Notes: generated from the sequence alone by a model not told the origin. A DNA stretch of 64,000 bases from an uncultured virus (IMG/VR IMGVR_UViG_3300011587_000017) (IMGVR_UViG_3300011587_000017:1-64000); one strand, 5' to 3'; positions 28,882 to 37,221 are shown, counted from the first letter of the stretch. Program-made: numbers and translations.

Positions 28882-29336
28882 GACATGCCAAGAGCGTCCA
28901 TGTAGAGTTGAAGCATTGCTTCCTCTTCATGGCGCTCATGGTCTTCTTTTTTGCGAAGGCGGATGATGGCTCTGACGGTTTTGGCGTCGAAACCGGAGCC
29001 TTTCAACTCGCCATAAACATCCTTGATATCGTCGGCGACGGTCTGCTTTTCTTCCTCAAGCCGCTCAATGCGCTCGATAAAGGATCTCAGCTGCCCTACC
29101 GCGATCACATTCGAAGAAACCTCTTCGGCCTTGTCGACCTTCGATTTCTTCGGGCCCCGCATAAATCCAGCGACATTTTCAGCCGCAGTTGAAAGTTCAC
29201 TTAACGGAATTTCCGGCGTGCTCGGCCCGTCCGGAACGCTGATACTTACAGTCGGCTCATCAGGTGAAGGTTTCGCTTTGGCCTTAGCCTTCTGCTTTCC
29301 GACAGGCTTAGTTGTCCATGGATCATAATCAGACAT
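28878..29336 (-). CDS. GapR/DUF2312 nucleoid-associated protein homologue with N-terminal extension
   Basis: [16 protein letters not shown]...DIKDVY.E.K..GFD.K..R.IIRLRK..EEEA.L.LY..ALGM. Confidence 0.9.
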   Translation of the reverse strand: MSDYDPWTTKPVGKQKAKAKAKPSPDEPTVSISVPDGPSTPEIPLSELSTAAENVAGFMRGPKKSKVDKAEEVSSNVIAVGQLRSFIERIERLEEEKQTVADDIKDVYGELKGSGFDAKTVRAIIRLRKKEDHERHEEEAMLQLYMDALGMS

Positions 29337-29504
29337 GGCGGACGGCCTTTCCTGCACGCAACGTCGAACCTGCCTCGATGACAAGGCGGGCGATGCGGTC
29401 AACTTTTTCGGGATTGTGAGAAAAGCGATCGACAACACGACGTGATCGGTCGCATCCGTAGCGGCTTTTCGGGTGGCGCTGATACTTGAGCGACTTCAAG
29501 GAGA

Positions 29505-29981
29505 TCATGGCTCGACCTCCAAAGAGTGCTTCACATCTTCTAGGGCTTGAATGGCCTCATTGATTTCTTTGAGGATATTCTTTCGATCAGCAACGTCGAT
29601 CCGGTCGTCTTTCCGGGCTTCAATGATCGCCTGGGCAACATCCATCGTTTCTTTCATGACGCGGGTGGCGTCTGATTCAGTAACCTGAGCACTACGGAAT
29701 GCTTTGCCGGCAGACGTCTGGGAAGGTATCAACTTGTAGCCGAGCAGTTCCGCCGCAACTTTGATGATCAGGGGGGATTTCAATCTGCGATCAACTTCAA
29801 TCGCCACATCAAGCGGGATGAAATGTTTGCGGAACTCATCGTTTTCGGACGCATATTTTGACAGCGTAGAGGTACTCACCCGCGTGAAAGGCAGTAGGCA
29901 GGTAATCCCACCTGCGAGCGTGTATCCGCCGTCAGTTGCCTTCTTAAGAGAAAGGCGCTCTTGCTCGGAAATTGTGCGCAC
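29505..29981 (-). CDS. Phage regulatory CII-family protein
   Basis: LKKAT..LAGG, STLSKYAS, FIPLDVA; downstream of cro. Confidence 0.65.
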   Translation of the reverse strand: MRTISEQERLSLKKATDGGYTLAGGITCLLPFTRVSTSTLSKYASENDEFRKHFIPLDVAIEVDRRLKSPLIIKVAAELLGYKLIPSQTSAGKAFRSAQVTESDATRVMKETMDVAQAIIEARKDDRIDVADRKNILKEINEAIQALEDVKHSLEVEP

Positions 29982-30298
29982 GAAAACACCCCCGAAAAAT
30001 CAAGGAAAAAATATCGACAAAGGATTCAGTGAAACTCGAAAGCGCCGCCGTTATAGACGGAACAACGCAAATCTACGGAGGGCTAAATGCTCGAAAGCGA
30101 CCCGCATCTAGTGACTGGATTTCCCGTGTTGCGATTAGCTCGCCAATCAGGGCGAGAACAAACTCATCAGCAGCATCGCGGCGTTGCGCAGCTTCCCATG
30201 CCTCAAACAGCTTGGACATGGCGGAGCCAGACCCACTACCCGTCAGCGCAGATTTGATATAGCCATTTACAAGTTTGGTTTTTTCCCGGGGGTCAATC

Positions 30299-30994
30299 AT
30301 GGGACAACTCGTCACTACCTGCCCGCATTGCAACGCGGTTGATATTGCTCTTGAGCTTTTTGGTGCAAAACCAATTGGACAAGATCAGAAAACGGGCGAA
30401 TGGCGGGCGGCGGGAGGAGCTGTTTGCCGCCGATGCCGTAATGCAATAGGCGTATCTATTGTAGCGCCACCAGCAGCTTTCGGCACGCTTAGTGATTTTG
30501 ATAGCGCGCTCGCAGAACTCTACGACGATCCGGTGGTCACTCTGACTGATATCAACTGCAACGGTTTTGTTGTGAGGACCCCTGAGCAAACTACTGAAAC
30601 ACCAACCTCGTTGCCTGACGCAACCCTTAGATCGTTCAGCGCAGCTGAAAAGAACTTTCATCTTGAAGGGTGCGAAGATGCATCCGCGATCATGTATCGC
30701 CGGGCAATCGAAACTGCCATTCATACCAAGCATCCAGATGTTACGGGTAACTTGCTTCAACGCATAGACAAGCTGGCTGCCAAAAACCTTATTCCAGAAG
30801 CCATGAAAGACTGGGCCCACGAAATAAGACTCATTGGAAACGACGGCGCGCACGGCATCGACGGTGTTACCCGTGAAGAGCTTACGGCATCTCGGGGGTT
30901 CACCGATGCGTTTCTGCGATATCTCATTTCCTTGCCTGAAGAGGTACGTCTTAGACGTGAGGCGCGAAACGCGCCAACAATTGGAAACGTGTGA
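30299..30994 (+). CDS. Zn-ribbon plus DUF4145 (HEPN-like) protein, moron
   Basis: CPHC and CRRC pairs; ASAIMYRRAIE, LLQRIDKL, IRLIGNDGAH (R-x4-6-H). Confidence 0.85.
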   Translation: MGQLVTTCPHCNAVDIALELFGAKPIGQDQKTGEWRAAGGAVCRRCRNAIGVSIVAPPAAFGTLSDFDSALAELYDDPVVTLTDINCNGFVVRTPEQTTETPTSLPDATLRSFSAAEKNFHLEGCEDASAIMYRRAIETAIHTKHPDVTGNLLQRIDKLAAKNLIPEAMKDWAHEIRLIGNDGAHGIDGVTREELTASRGFTDAFLRYLISLPEEVRLRREARNAPTIGNV

Positions 30995-31005
30995 TGGCAA
31001 ACAGT

Positions 31006-31398
31006 TCATCGCGCGCCCTCCCCGGAAACAGACGCTGGAGCGCAGACAGCCGGAGAGCGCTGCGCCCCAGCTTCGCCCGGCGGGAGGTTGCCGAGCGAAT
31101 TAGAACTGGTTGCCGGAGCGCCCGGTTGGGCGGGGGGCTGCTTGATGGGCGCCCCGGCATCATCACCCGCCGAGGAACTGGCGGGGGAATCAGACTTCCT
31201 TGAAACGGACTTGGCGAGAGCCTCATAAGTGACTCCAATTAGACCCCGCGCCTGTGCCGATAAGACAACCGCTTCCCAGTACTGAGAAGGTATAACGCCA
31301 CGTCTTTTCATCGCTTTGGCGGTGCCATAGGCGACGCAAAGATCGTCAGCAAAATCGGCCAGTGACGGCCACTTTTCGATGAAAGGAATATGTGTCAT
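31006..31398 (-). CDS. Cro-like repressor with low-complexity C-terminal tail
   Basis: WPSLADFADDL.V.YGT...MKRRG.IP..YW HTH; divergent from cI. Confidence 0.75.
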   Translation of the reverse strand: MTHIPFIEKWPSLADFADDLCVAYGTAKAMKRRGVIPSQYWEAVVLSAQARGLIGVTYEALAKSVSRKSDSPASSSAGDDAGAPIKQPPAQPGAPATSSNSLGNLPPGEAGAQRSPAVCAPASVSGEGAR

Positions 31399-31406
31399 GT
31401 GTGAAT

Positions 31407-31483
31407 GGGTACTATTAATACCCTTTCGCGTCAAGCGCGATAGTTATTACTTATACCCGATATCGTGGGTACAAATTACACCA
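31407..31483. promoter_or_regulatory. Three 17-bp operators GGGTA-N7-TACCC (OR-like) and cro promoter TTGACG-17-TACCCA
   Basis: Sites at 31407-31423 (perfect arms), 31442-31458, 31467-31483. Confidence 0.75.
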
Positions 31484-31866
31484 TGACTAAAAATGCTGAA
31501 AAAAAAGAGCGTGAGGACAGGGCCGTCAGGCTTCAGAACGCGCGAAGGAAAGCAAGCCTCGGCGGAGCAAAAGCTCTATCCGATAAATTTGGCTGGAGCG
31601 AAAACAATTACAAAGCACATGAATCCGGTCGAAATGGATTTGGTCTTTCAGACGCTCGAAAATATGCAAAAGCTTTCAATGTTTCAGTAGCTTGGCTGTA
31701 CCTTGGAGAGGGTGCCGAAACCGACGAATATGCGGAAGTAGACGACATCAGGTCGGAGGTAATAGACCTCTTCGACAGACTTCCAGCAAAGGTTCAAGCG
31801 GTTGTCCTTGATCATATTCGCGCACTAGCAGCGATAGACAAGAACGACAGTCCCTCATCTGACTAA
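31483..31866 (+). CDS. CI-like XRE HTH repressor without S24 peptidase domain
   Basis: RLQNARR...YKAHESGRNG...YAKAFNVSVAWLYLGEG; only 127 aa, short helical C-terminus. Confidence 0.88.
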   Translation: MTKNAEKKEREDRAVRLQNARRKASLGGAKALSDKFGWSENNYKAHESGRNGFGLSDARKYAKAFNVSVAWLYLGEGAETDEYAEVDDIRSEVIDLFDRLPAKVQAVVLDHIRALAAIDKNDSPSSD

Positions 31867-31933
31867 CAGAAAGCGAGCAGATAAGGCTGCAAAATTCAGC
31901 CCTAAGTTCACTATTATTTTCACCCTCACTCAT
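31748..31933 (-). CDS. Candidate SOS-induced antirepressor (61 aa)
   Basis: Preceded by promoter and LexA box; resembles the CI C-terminal helices. Confidence 0.55.
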   Translation of the reverse strand: MSEGENNSELRAEFCSLICSLSVSQMRDCRSCLSLLVREYDQGQPLEPLLEVCRRGLLPPT

Positions 31934-31947
31934 CTCCCACCCGCAAT

Positions 31948-31991
31948 GTTCTCATTTCGTTCATGAAAGCACTGCGGGCGAAGCGGGTCAA
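31948..31991 (-). promoter_or_regulatory. Sigma70-type promoter with alphaproteobacterial LexA box
   Basis: TTGACC (31991-31986), 17 nt, TTTCAT (31968-31963), then GAAC-GAAATGA-GAAC (31962-31948). Confidence 0.8.
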
Positions 31992-32007
31992 GGGTAAGTT
32001 TGCATCG

Positions 32008-32090
32008 CGGCATTTTTCATACCCATAATTCATAGTGGGTATTTTTTGTATCTTTTTAGCTTGACAGTTTGTGGGTACATATAATACCTC
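32008..32090 (+). promoter_or_regulatory. Three operators (OL-like) and early promoter TTGACA-18-TACCTC
   Basis: GGGTA-N7-TACCC variants at 32008-32024, 32037-32053, 32073-32089; TTGACA at 32061. Confidence 0.72.
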
Positions 32091-32176
32091 TTTCCTGCCC
32101 CACCTAAAACCGGCTGCGCTGGATTGGGTAAGAGTAGAAAGCGCAGTCGGTTCTCCGGGGTTAAGCGGAGAGACCA

Positions 32177-32599
32177 ATGTCAAACATCATTTTTATGGCC
32201 AGACTGAAAGGCGGTAATTACCGCTCGAACGCCAATCGCGCTGAAAAACTTTTAAAAGCTCACGGCTTTTCCGTTGGACGCATGCAGGCCCATCAGCCGC
32301 GTGGCCTTCTCTATGGCGAGTTCGACATTCAGAAATGGCGAAATCTAAGCCAACGGGATCGCGAGCAATTGGATGGTCTGCTGTCCGGTCGTCATGTGCA
32401 TCACGGTGACATTTCCATTGAAATACTTGATTCAGCGCCTTCGGAAGCAGTGCAGAAACTCGCTCAGGCATTTGCCCTTGAAGATGGTGCGACCATCATT
32501 GTCGCACCGTTGACCACAGCCGCATCCAACGCGGCAGAGAACTCAATTAGCGAGAGAAGCCAGCACGCCGCAAGCATGGGAGTCGCTCCTCATGCATAA
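32177..32599 (+). CDS. Hypothetical early protein
   Basis: First ORF after the early promoter, GGAG RBS. Confidence 0.65.
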   Translation: MSNIIFMARLKGGNYRSNANRAEKLLKAHGFSVGRMQAHQPRGLLYGEFDIQKWRNLSQRDREQLDGLLSGRHVHHGDISIEILDSAPSEAVQKLAQAFALEDGATIIVAPLTTAASNAAENSISERSQHAASMGVAPHA

Positions 32600-32741
32600 A
32601 CCAACAAAAACTGACGGCTTCAACCTCACGTCTGCATATCGATGTCATGATAACAAACTCAGCCATAAGGTTGTTTTATTTGTCTTTTTCATCTGCACCA
32701 CATGCGCTGCCGTTTTGGGCAGCCAAATGATCTGGGGCTGA
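32592..32741 (+). CDS. Small C-terminal-TM peptide, 49 aa, not in ORF track
   Basis: GGGAG RBS; fills the gap before the MTase; KVVLFVFFICTTCAAVLGSQMIWG. Confidence 0.45.
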   Translation: MHKPTKTDGFNLTSAYRCHDNKLSHKVVLFVFFICTTCAAVLGSQMIWG

Positions 32742-32744
32742 TAG

Positions 32745-34709
32745 ATGCAGACAAGCCAGCCCATCATAATTGATTCATTCGCAGGCGGCGGCGGCGCAAG
32801 CACCGGGATTGAAATGGCCCTTGGCCGTTCACCTGACATCGCCATTAATCATAACGCGGCAGCGCTGGCTTTGCATGAAGCGAACCACCCGCAGACACTT
32901 CATATCTCGCAGAACGTCTACAAAGTTGATCCACTGGATTACTTGCAACGGGCGCATGTCGGTCTTGCGTGGTTTTCACCTGACTGCAAACACTTTTCCA
33001 AGGCGAAGGGCGGCAAGCCTGTCGAGCGCAACATTCGGGATCTGGCTTGGATCATTCCCGGCTGGATCGAACGCATCCAGAAAAGCGGCGGCAAAGTGGA
33101 TGTTGCTATTCTCGAAAACGTCGAGGAGTTTCGCGACTGGGGACCGCTGATGGAAACATCAGCCGGCCAAATGCCAGATCCAGATCGTAAGGGCGAAGAT
33201 TTCCAGCGTTGGTGCAAAAAGCTCAAAAGGCTTGGCGCGAAGATCGAATGGCGCGAAATCCGCGCTTGCGACTTTGGTGCACCGACAATCCGGAAGCGGC
33301 TATTTGTCATCATCCGCTTTGACGGCCAACCTATCGTTTGGCCAGAACCAACCCATGGCGCACCGAATGATAAGGACGTGATTGCAGGCAAGAAATTGCC
33401 ATGGCGCACCGCAGCAGAAATCATCGACTGGTCGCTGCCCTGCCCTTCGATCTTCGACACAAGCGCAGACATAATGGACAAGCATGGCCTTCGCGCCATT
33501 CGCCCGCTTGCCCACAACACGATGGCGCGCGTTGCGCGCGGGATGAAACGCTATGTCATAGACGCCGAGAAGCCCTTTATTGTGGATCTATCGGCACCAT
33601 CGATCATCCGATTCAACACTGGCGCAACAGGTCAGGATCTCCGCGAGCCGTTATCGACCATCACCGCGAATAGCTACATCAAAAGACCGGGAGGGGCCGC
33701 ACCACTTGGCATTATCTCGCCGCACGTCATGACGATGCGCAATGCTGGCAAGCCATTTAACGGCGTTGATGAGCCAACGCATACAATAACAGCTGGCGGT
33801 GCAGGGTTGTCTGTGGTGGCGCCGATACTTACGGCTGCCCAACATGGCGGATCTAACCGGCCCATTGAGACGCCAACCCACACCATCACTGCCAGCCGCA
33901 AAGATCAGAACAGCGTCATTGCGCCTACATTGGTGCAGATCGGCTATGGCGAGCGCAAAGGCCAAGCACCGCGCTCACTCGATATACAGCAACCATTAGG
34001 CACAGCTGTTGCAGGCGGCATCAAACACGCCGTTGCATCTGCTTTCATTGCTCGCCAGTTCGGAACATCGACCGGCCACAGCATCGAAGAGCCGACGCAC
34101 ACGGTTATGGCAGACGGCGCAGGTAAGTCGCAGCTTATCGCAGCCTATGTGGCGCAGCACAACAACGACAGTCGTCGTGACGGCGGCGTTAATCCGGGCA
34201 GATCAGCCAGCGAACCGCTATCGACCATCACCCAGACTGGCAGTCAGCAAGGCATCGTCGCGCCCTTCCTCCAGGCATATTACGGCACAGGTGACGGCGG
34301 CGCTGAAAACGAGCCAATGCGCACGGTAACAACCAAAGATCGTCACGGCCATGTGGAGGCATCATTGGAAGTGCCGCCATTCACGCCAGAGCAGGCCCAG
34401 CGCGCCCGCGCTGTTGCAGATTTTCTCAGATCATTCGGCTTCTGGGATCACCGCGAGTTCGTCACCATCGAAGCCCACGGCGTCACGTACGTGATTGTCG
34501 ATATCGGCATGCGCATGCTTGTGCCGCGAGAATTGTACCTCGCCCAAGGCTTTCCAGCTGACTACGAGATCGAGCGCGGCGCAGACGGCCAGACATTTTC
34601 CAAATCAGTGCAGGTTTCATGCTGCGGCAACAGTGTTTGTCCGCCAGTCGCCTGCGCACTCGTATCCGCAAATTGCGGCAACCTCATCGCCCGAAAGGAA
34701 GCGGCATGA
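32745..34709 (+). CDS. DNA cytosine-C5 methyltransferase with long repetitive variable region
   Basis: DSFAGGGG (I), SPDC (IV), LENV (VI), TIRKRLF (VIII), RML..EL..AQGFP (IX), GNSV (X). Confidence 0.92.
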   Translation: MQTSQPIIIDSFAGGGGASTGIEMALGRSPDIAINHNAAALALHEANHPQTLHISQNVYKVDPLDYLQRAHVGLAWFSPDCKHFSKAKGGKPVERNIRDLAWIIPGWIERIQKSGGKVDVAILENVEEFRDWGPLMETSAGQMPDPDRKGEDFQRWCKKLKRLGAKIEWREIRACDFGAPTIRKRLFVIIRFDGQPIVWPEPTHGAPNDKDVIAGKKLPWRTAAEIIDWSLPCPSIFDTSADIMDKHGLRAIRPLAHNTMARVARGMKRYVIDAEKPFIVDLSAPSIIRFNTGATGQDLREPLSTITANSYIKRPGGAAPLGIISPHVMTMRNAGKPFNGVDEPTHTITAGGAGLSVVAPILTAAQHGGSNRPIETPTHTITASRKDQNSVIAPTLVQIGYGERKGQAPRSLDIQQPLGTAVAGGIKHAVASAFIARQFGTSTGHSIEEPTHTVMADGAGKSQLIAAYVAQHNNDSRRDGGVNPGRSASEPLSTITQTGSQQGIVAPFLQAYYGTGDGGAENEPMRTVTTKDRHGHVEASLEVPPFTPEQAQRARAVADFLRSFGFWDHREFVTIEAHGVTYVIVDIGMRMLVPRELYLAQGFPADYEIERGADGQTFSKSVQVSCCGNSVCPPVACALVSANCGNLIARKEAA

Positions 34710-35110
34710 CCATAACAAATTGGAAATGGTACGCAGGCAATAACGACGAGAGTTATTCATGCGGACCGTTCGACACCCGCGAAGAAGCCATTGAAGAGGC
34801 GCGCGGTCAGTTTGGTGACGATGCTGGAATTTATGTAATTGAGGCAATCAAAGACGAAGTTCGCTTGTGTGACTACATCGGAGCAAGCAGCATCTTAGAG
34901 GAAGCCGAGGAGCGCGCCTACGATCTGCGCAACGAAGACAGCGACGACAACATCTTTGATGTGTCTGCGGAGATGGAAAAGGACCTCGTCGTAATGCTGC
35001 GCACCGCCTGCGATGCATGGCAGATCAAGCACGATCTTCGATTTATCCCTTGGTGCTTCACGAGCACTCGCAATTCCGAGTTCATTGCATCGGAGGTTGA
35101 TAATGGTTGA
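34706..35110 (+). CDS. Hypothetical acidic phage protein
   Basis: ATGA coupling; WKWYAGN..E.Y..FDTREEAI motif. Confidence 0.7.
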   Translation: MTITNWKWYAGNNDESYSCGPFDTREEAIEEARGQFGDDAGIYVIEAIKDEVRLCDYIGASSILEEAEERAYDLRNEDSDDNIFDVSAEMEKDLVVMLRTACDAWQIKHDLRFIPWCFTSTRNSEFIASEVDNG

Positions 35111-35792
35111 CCGCCCTATCCTTTTCAGCGCCCCTATGGTGCGCGCCCTGCTTGAAGGCAGAAAGACACAGACCCGCCGCGCGATTAAACCGCAACCGAC
35201 AGGCCGGATTGATCCGTTAGTTAGTTTTAATCATGGCAGAATGGAAATCGCCTTCGGCCCTGACATGCGCGATAAAGACGGCGGCCCGAAATGGTGGCGC
35301 CCACTCGCACAAGCAGGAGATCGCCTATGGGTACGCGAGGCTTGCGCTATTGTCGGTACGGTAGATCCGGGCTTCGTGTTGTATCGCGCGGACGGTTATG
35401 AATCCGAATGCATTCGCCATGGCTTCGACAAACCATTCCCTCCTGAAGCGGAAGCCCGCTGGCGTCCATCGATCCACATGCCACGCTGGGCTTCACGCAT
35501 CACGTTGGAAGTGATCGACGTTCGTGTTGAGCGCCTGCAAGACATCAGCGAGGCGGATGCGATTGCTGAAGGCTGCACTCAAGCCCTCGCAGATGAAATT
35601 ATGCAGGTTGAAGAGTTGGCAGTTTACGCTTCGACGCACATCCTTTGCCCCGAGGCTCGCGCCCGCATTTTGTTTGAAACTTTATGGGATCAGGTTAACG
35701 GTCCCAGTTCATGGGAAGCCAACCCATGGGTTGCCGCTTACACGTTCAACGTCATCAGCCGCAATATCGATCAGATCGAGGTGGCAGCATGA
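35103..35792 (+). CDS. ASCH/PUA-like phage protein
   Basis: RPILFSAPMVRALLEGRKTQTRR, GDRLWVRE, WRPSIHMPRWASRI, W..NPWV. Confidence 0.8.
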   Translation: MVDRPILFSAPMVRALLEGRKTQTRRAIKPQPTGRIDPLVSFNHGRMEIAFGPDMRDKDGGPKWWRPLAQAGDRLWVREACAIVGTVDPGFVLYRADGYESECIRHGFDKPFPPEAEARWRPSIHMPRWASRITLEVIDVRVERLQDISEADAIAEGCTQALADEIMQVEELAVYASTHILCPEARARILFETLWDQVNGPSSWEANPWVAAYTFNVISRNIDQIEVAA

Positions 35793-36037
35793 CCCCTTGG
35801 ACATGGTTTGCAGGCAATCTTGGCGATGATGTCTACGATCTTGCCGAGGCGGACACCCGCGAAAAGGTGATCGCAGCAGCTCTTGATGCCTCCACCGGAT
35901 GGCTAAAGCCCGGCGATCAGTTCCGCATTGTCGAAGCACGATCCAGCACCGCGAAGAAGTATGAAGGATCGGACTTCGTACCGTTTCTTCGGACGCGGAA
36001 TGCGGAAATCATCACAGTGCAAGGATCTGATCGATGA
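35789..36037 (+). CDS. Hypothetical protein, apparent paralog of 34706-35110
   Basis: WTWFAGN..DVY...DTREKVI motif. Confidence 0.65.
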   Translation: MTPWTWFAGNLGDDVYDLAEADTREKVIAAALDASTGWLKPGDQFRIVEARSSTAKKYEGSDFVPFLRTRNAEIITVQGSDR

Positions 36038-36528
36038 AGCCAATCCTTGATATGTGCTGCGGCTCTCGCATGTTCTGGTTTGACAAGAAGGATGACCGGG
36101 CTGTGTTCGGAGATATACGCGCAGAAAGCCACGTTCTATGCGACGGCCGCCAGCTAATCATTTCGCCAGATCGCATTATCGACTTCCGCAGCCTGCCTTT
36201 TGACGATGAGACATTCAGCCTTGCTGTTTTTGATCCGCCGCATCTGGTCAATGCTGGGGAGAGAAGCTGGTTGCGCGCAAAGTATGGTGCGTTGAACCGC
36301 GAGACATGGCGGGAGGATCTGCGGCAAGGATTTGCAGAGGCTTTCCGCGTCTTGAAACCCCACGGCACACTAATTTTCAAATGGAACGAAACGCAGATCA
36401 AAGTGCGGGAAATTCTCGCGCTTACTGATGTTCAACCTGTCGTCGGGCATGTGTCTGGCAAGCAGGCGAACACACACTGGATTTGCTTCCTTAAGCCCCT
36501 ACGCCCGTCAGGAGGCAGTCTGCTATGA
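36034..36528 (+). CDS. Small SAM-dependent (amino-type DNA) methyltransferase
   Basis: ILDMCCGSRMFWF, VFDPPHL, FRVLKPHGTLIFKW. Confidence 0.88.
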   Translation: MKPILDMCCGSRMFWFDKKDDRAVFGDIRAESHVLCDGRQLIISPDRIIDFRSLPFDDETFSLAVFDPPHLVNAGERSWLRAKYGALNRETWREDLRQGFAEAFRVLKPHGTLIFKWNETQIKVREILALTDVQPVVGHVSGKQANTHWICFLKPLRPSGGSLL

Positions 36529-36734
36529 GTATGGCGTGGATCCGGACGAACTATCGTGTCCCTGCCAAGCGCGGCGGCCGTGTCAAATACACAGGCGGAA
36601 GGCAGCCTCAATATGGAACGATTGTAGGCGCTCGCAATCAGTACCTAATCATTCGCCTTGACGGTGAGAGCCATGAACCCGGATCGTACCACCCAACGTG
36701 GGAAATCACCTACTTGGACGGCGGTAGATCATGA
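36525..36734 (+). CDS. Hypothetical phage protein
   Basis: IR..Y.VPAKRGGRV...HPTW motif. Confidence 0.7.
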   Translation: MSMAWIRTNYRVPAKRGGRVKYTGGRQPQYGTIVGARNQYLIIRLDGESHEPGSYHPTWEITYLDGGRS

Positions 36735-36901
36735 TCGCCATCGCCCAGCATGTTCAGATAGTTGGTTATTTCCTGCGCTTCATCTCTCCGAAGATTGCAA
36801 CAAAATTGGCCGTTCAGCTTGGCAGGCTCGCCTGTCAAAAGCCTAACAACGGTCCATGTTCCATCCGGCTCTTGCCGTTTGTTGAAGTGAATTTTCGTCA
36901 T
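36710..36901 (-). CDS. Small hypothetical protein on the opposite strand
   Basis: DGTWTV...TG.PA...L...EA......LN pattern recalled from small rhizobial proteins. Confidence 0.5.
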   Translation of the reverse strand: MTKIHFNKRQEPDGTWTVVRLLTGEPAKLNGQFCCNLRRDEAQEITNYLNMLGDGDHDLPPSK

Positions 36902-36974
36902 GGCGGTGTCAGTTCGTTGCTCTGCCAGACAGATAAGACAGTGAAGCCTGCATTCAAGCCTTGGAGATATCAAA

Positions 36975-37196
36975 ATGATTGATAGACCACGTTTACGCCG
37001 CAAGGACGTTCCTGAATATCTTCGCACAACTCACGGGATCGATATATCGCGCTCGACGCTTGAAAAGCTCGCCACTAACGGCGGCGGCCCGTCAATGCAG
37101 TATCAAGGGCGCTTTCCGCTATATCATAAGTCGGATCTAGACAGATGGGCCGAGCAAAAAATATCGCCGTCGGTCAGTTCAACCGCCGAGCGCTAG
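36975..37196 (+). CDS. Excisionase / AlpA-like DNA-binding protein
   Basis: RLRRKDV.EYL...STLEKLA..GGGP..Y.GR.PLY...DLD.WA; last gene before att. Confidence 0.78.
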   Translation: MIDRPRLRRKDVPEYLRTTHGIDISRSTLEKLATNGGGPSMQYQGRFPLYHKSDLDRWAEQKISPSVSSTAER

Positions 37197-37221
37197 ATGG
37201 AGCGAATAATCAGAATCAAAC

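Noticed and set aside
30293..31009. 238-aa - strand ORF in operon orientation
   Set aside because: Fully overlaps the motif-bearing DUF4145 gene; despite its ATGA coupling to cro the sequence is not protein-like
32061..32085. Perfect TTGACA/TATAAT promoter
   Set aside because: Spacing is only 13 nt; the TATAAT lies in the operator spacer, so a different -10 was preferred
36731..36982. 83-aa + strand ORF before xis
   Set aside because: Overlaps a more protein-like - strand ORF; could be a remnant but unsupported
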